From the NCBI GenBank assembly GCA_031316235.1, contig JALDRA010000001.1, positions 3,060,001-3,092,000 of the forward strand: 32,000 bases of DNA, written 5' to 3'. Source of the stretch: Candidatus Scalindua sp. (GTDB lineage: Bacteria > Planctomycetota > Brocadiia > Brocadiales > Scalinduaceae). The translations under genes and the position numbers were made by a program. Below, one piece after another: positions 28,988 through 32,000 of this stretch. The notes beneath the pieces were generated by a model. It was not told the origin of the DNA. It made no database searches and was given only the letters and a program-made list of their open reading frames with translations. The first letter of the stretch is position 1, and the number at the start of each line of letters is the position of its first letter.

Positions 28988-29704
28988 GTGGCGGCGATGG
29001 CGGGTGTGGTCTGCCTGACGCTCATGTCAATGGTGAGTGATTCGCGGGATGAGCGGTTATTAGCGCAGAAGGAGGAGTCTGAAGTGATGGCGGACAGGGC
29101 GATCGAGTTGGCGGTACTTGGAATTCCCCCAGGGCGGAGCATCGGTGTTTACGAACGACCCGTTGTATGTGGGCGAGGGGGTGTTCCGTGAGCACTGTAT
29201 AACGTGTCACGGTTACCGGGAGGAGGGGGTAATTCAGCCCCTGATATGACGGGGTATAATTCGCGATCATGGTTGAGGGGTTTCTTCCGGAACCCGAATG
29301 CGGTCAGATATTATGGAAATACCCATTTCCGGGAGATGCCGGAAAGCGTCATGGGGGAAGAAGATTTGTCCTATCTGATAGACTTTCTGCTGGCGCAGTC
29401 AGAGCCCGAAACGGCGGTGGATCCGATATTGAGGGAGATAGGAGAGACGATTCTGGAGCAGGAGGGGTGTTACAACTGCCATACGTATAAGGGGAAAGGG
29501 GGAAAATTTGCGCCTACCCTGGACGGCTTTGCGTCAGATGAATGGTTAAGGGGTATGATAGAAGATGCCGGGCAGGAGAAGTATTTCGGCAGGTACAACA
29601 CGATGCCGTCATTCAAGGAGGAGATAGGAAGGGATGAGATGGATAAACTGATCTTGTTTATCCAGAGTTTACGAAGTGAATCCGACCTGGTATTGCCGGA
29701 GTGA
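28988..29704 (+). CDS. membrane-anchored dihaem c-type cytochrome domain, split over three frames; probably the C-terminal part of the cytochrome b polypeptide
   Basis: TM helix LPFIGGFVAAMAGVVCLTLMSMV (frame of ORF 28988). In a second frame: ...GGASVFTNDPLYVGEGVFREHCITCHGYREEG. ORF 29204-29704 holds NSAPDMTGYNSRSWL...REMPE plus the second haem CYNCH...YNTMPSF. Frame breaks lie at or near 29126-29130 (C5) and 29225-29229 (G5). Confidence 0.65.
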
Positions 29705-29859
29705 ATTGCTGAAAAAAATAATATTTTGTAGAAGAAAAATGACGACAATAGAGAAAAAGTAAAGAGAGTCAGGCTGTAGAGCTGAAGGTTTTGGCATCAT
29801 TGAAAAGCTGATGATTTCACAAAGTTATGTTGATTTGAGGCTTCTTTTTGATACATAAG

Positions 29860-29901
29860 GTGCGTTTCGCTGAGAAATTGCTCTGCAAAACGCACTTTTT
29901 T
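29860..29901 (+). terminator. candidate intrinsic terminator after the Rieske/cyt b/cyt c array
   Basis: gtgcgttt (29860-29867) pairs with aaacgcac (29888-29895) and is followed by T6 (29896-29901). The 20-nt loop is larger than ideal. Confidence 0.4.
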
Positions 29902-29964
29902 CCTGTTTTAAATTTCCCAAGACAGGAGATCCGGATTACGATGGGAGAAAGGAGAAGTGCATAT

Positions 29965-31708
29965 ATGATGAAAAAAAAAGAATCTGTTTGTTCGGTTTTA
30001 TGTATTCGTATTGACATTATGTGTCAGCACTGATTTTTCAACCAAAGAGGCAGAGGCGGTTGAAATCATCACGCACTGGGTGCCGCACGAAGTATACGGT
30101 ATGCCTGGCGATCCTGACAACTCTGGTAAGGTGTTCTTTTCAGGTCTGTATGCCAAATACATGGGGTATCCGGAAGGAGCGCCACCATATCCTGGTAAAT
30201 ACAGCCGATTCTGGAGAACACTTCCAGCATATCGTTATTACCTCCCGGATTTCATGTATAACAGGGACGAGATCAGGCCGTCTAACCCAATCAAGGGGCA
30301 GTTCAGACTTCAAGAATGTCTTGGCTGCCACTCAGTGGTTACCCCTGGTATCGTAAGGGATTATGAGAAGAGTGCACATGCCAAGGCTGAACCCAGCCCG
30401 ACTGGATGTGACACTTGTCATGGTAATAACCATCAGAAGCTTTTGATGCCGAGCTCAAAATCTTGTGGTGTAAGCGATTGCCACGAAGAGCAGTATGTAC
30501 AAAATATGCAAGGAGGAATCGGATCACACGGATCGTGTGCAAGCTTCGCTCAGATAGAATGTGCATGGTCAATTGAGAGACCTCCGGGAGATACAGCCGG
30601 ATGTACTTTCTGCCATACAAGCTCAGAAGAGCGTTGCAGCACATGTCACCAGAGACATCAGTTCGATCCTGCAATAGCAAGACGATCAGAACAGTGCAAG
30701 ACCTGTCACTGGGGTAAAGACCACAGGGATTGGGAAGCATATGATATCTCAATACATGGAGTTGTGTATCAGGTCAACAAGAACGATCCAAGCAACTTCG
30801 ATTTCTCGAAGAAGCTTTCTGATGCTGATTACGTAGGACCTACCTGTCAGTATTGTCATATGAGAGGCGGCCATCACAATGTGCAGAGACTGTCAACCGT
30901 ATACACCAGCATGGGTATGTCGAATGCGGACAGAGGTGCACCTCTTTGGAAAGAGAAGAGAGACACCTGGGTATCGGTATGCGACGATTGTCACTCACCA
31001 AGGTTTGCAAGAGAGAACCTGCAGGCGATGGACGAGGCATGTAAAGATGCCGGTCTTAAGTATACGGAGACGTTCAAGATTGCAGAGAACCTGCAGCTCG
31101 ATGGTATGGGCGAGCCTATGCCGAAGGATCTGGCACCTGACTGGAGTGGTCAGCACATATGGAGTTTGAAGATTGGTGCGTACCATGATGGCCCCGAATA
31201 CGGCGGAAAATCAGGTGAGTCTGGTGAGTTCAGAATGTCGAACTGCTCAGACATTGAAAGGGTCTGTTTTGAGAGTGTTGGATACTGGATGACTTACATA
31301 TTCAAAGGCATGGCACACGGTTCATGGAACGATGCAACCTACTGTGACGGTTCCTTTGGTATGGACAGATGGCTTGTGAAGGCAAAGGCAGCTGCTGAGC
31401 AGGCGAGAAGGTTTACGGCAATAGAGAAGAAGGTTGGAATCAACTGGGTGCCACAGGATTTCTGGAGGCATGGCGATTGGTTAGAACAGTTGTCTGGATG
31501 GAAGATAGTGAAGGAGTATCCTGGAAAGACAATATTCGATCTTTGTCCTGAGCCAGGCTGGCTTGATACACATCATGCACCAGCTGAGGAAGTGGAATAC
31601 ATAAACAGAAAGCTTAAAGAGCTGGGTATGACTGCCGGTTCACACAGTGCGCATGAGCAGCATTCCGGTGACCATGATCCTAATGCAAGATCCATGAAAG
31701 CACATTAA
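29965..31708 (+). CDS. HAO-family octahaem cytochrome c, long form (hydroxylamine oxidase / hydrazine dehydrogenase-like); N-terminal signal peptide separated from the body by a frame break in an A9 run
   Basis: The ORF track starts at a TTG (30011) with no signal peptide. AAGGAG (29949-29954) lies 10 nt before ATGATG (29965). Removing one A from A9 (29971-29979) gives MMKKKNLFVRFYVFVLTLCVSTDFSTKEAEAV..., a typical signal peptide in frame with the body. Haem motifs: CLGCH, CDTCH, C-GVSD-CH, CTFCH, CSTCH, CKTCH, CQYCH, CDDCH. The C-terminal GMAHGSWNDATYCDG aligns with the Tyr cross-link region of N. europaea HAO (GLAHVNPGGWTYTEG, from memory). Confidence 0.85.
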
Positions 31709-31771
31709 TATTTTTCATGGTTTCTTGAGATGTTTAGGTAATGAGCAGTTCTGTTAGCAGTTTATAAGTAG

Positions 31772-31807
31772 ACAGGGAGCTGGGTATATACCCGGTTCCC
31801 CTGTTTT
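31772..31807 (+). terminator. candidate intrinsic terminator downstream of the second HAO gene
   Basis: acagggagctgggtatatacccggttcccctgtttt forms an imperfect GC-rich stem of about 13 bp (with G-U pairs and one bulge) around the gggtatataccc palindrome, followed by TTTT. Confidence 0.5.
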
Positions 31808-31808
31808 G

Positions 31809-31868
31809 TATAATGTTATCATGAAAAAGCATCCATTTTTCTGTGGACTTTTTCATGATAACATTATA
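31809..31868. repeat. perfect 21-bp inverted repeat with 18-nt spacer
   Basis: tataatgttatcatgaaaaag (31809-31829) and ctttttcatgataacattata (31848-31868) are exact reverse complements. The spacer is catccatttttctgtgga. Confidence 0.85.
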
Positions 31869-32000
31869 GGCTATTGTCTGCGGTTTTCGGCTTTTGATTA
31901 CTTTATCATAATTTTGTGCACAGGGGTAAGTGTATTTCTAATTTTGAGTGATAAAAACTTATGAAAATTAGGTTGATATGCAGAAATATCGGGTGAGGAG

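Noticed and set aside
25950-29700. Calling the GC-rich island a mobile genomic island
   Set aside because: No integrase, transposase, tRNA attachment site or flanking direct repeats are visible. Only the compositional anomaly is reported.

Overview
This is a low-GC bacterial chromosomal segment. Hand counts of sampled 60-nt lines give about 35-45% GC over most of the window. It carries two hydroxylamine-oxidoreductase (HAO)-like octahaem cytochromes, a Rieske/cytochrome b module and further multihaem cytochromes c, which fits an anammox planctomycete (Brocadiales-like); that assignment is inference only.

Positions 1-21 kb are mostly housekeeping or envelope genes:
- an alpha/beta hydrolase (partial), a TPR protein and an MltA-like lipoprotein
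- a TviB/WbpO-type nucleotide-sugar dehydrogenase, glgC and RNase R
- a YhaM-like OB/HD protein, a DUF123 (GIY-YIG-like) protein and an exported SlyD-type FKBP
- a Kdo cluster: waaA, kdsA and an unusual FSA/transaldolase-CBS fusion sitting where kdsD would be expected
- an orphan hypothetical, a CAP/SCP-domain protein, a YbiT-like ABC-F ATPase and trpD

Positions 21.5-31.7 kb form a respiratory block. It holds a pentahaem cytochrome c, a VanZ-like membrane protein and a 2-hydroxyacid dehydrogenase. These are followed by an array of HAO-like octahaem, Rieske, b6-type cytochrome b and dihaem cytochrome c, and then a second HAO (HOX/HDH-like) on its own transcription unit.

The most notable observations are:
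1. The HAO/Rieske/cyt b/cyt c array lies in a sharp GC-rich island (about 52-63% GC).
2. That island holds five single-base reading-frame breaks at G/C homopolymers. A sixth break lies at an A9 run in the signal peptide of the second HAO. None of the roughly 18 genes I called upstream of 25.9 kb shows a break.
3. With the frames repaired, cytochrome b reads through into the dihaem cytochrome c as one fusion protein.
4. A family of two-hairpin palindromic repeats has four copies, and two inverted copies bracket the CAP/ABC-F cassette.
5. The FSA-CBS fusion sits in the Kdo cluster.

I recognised no rRNA, tRNA, CRISPR array, transposase or integrase.
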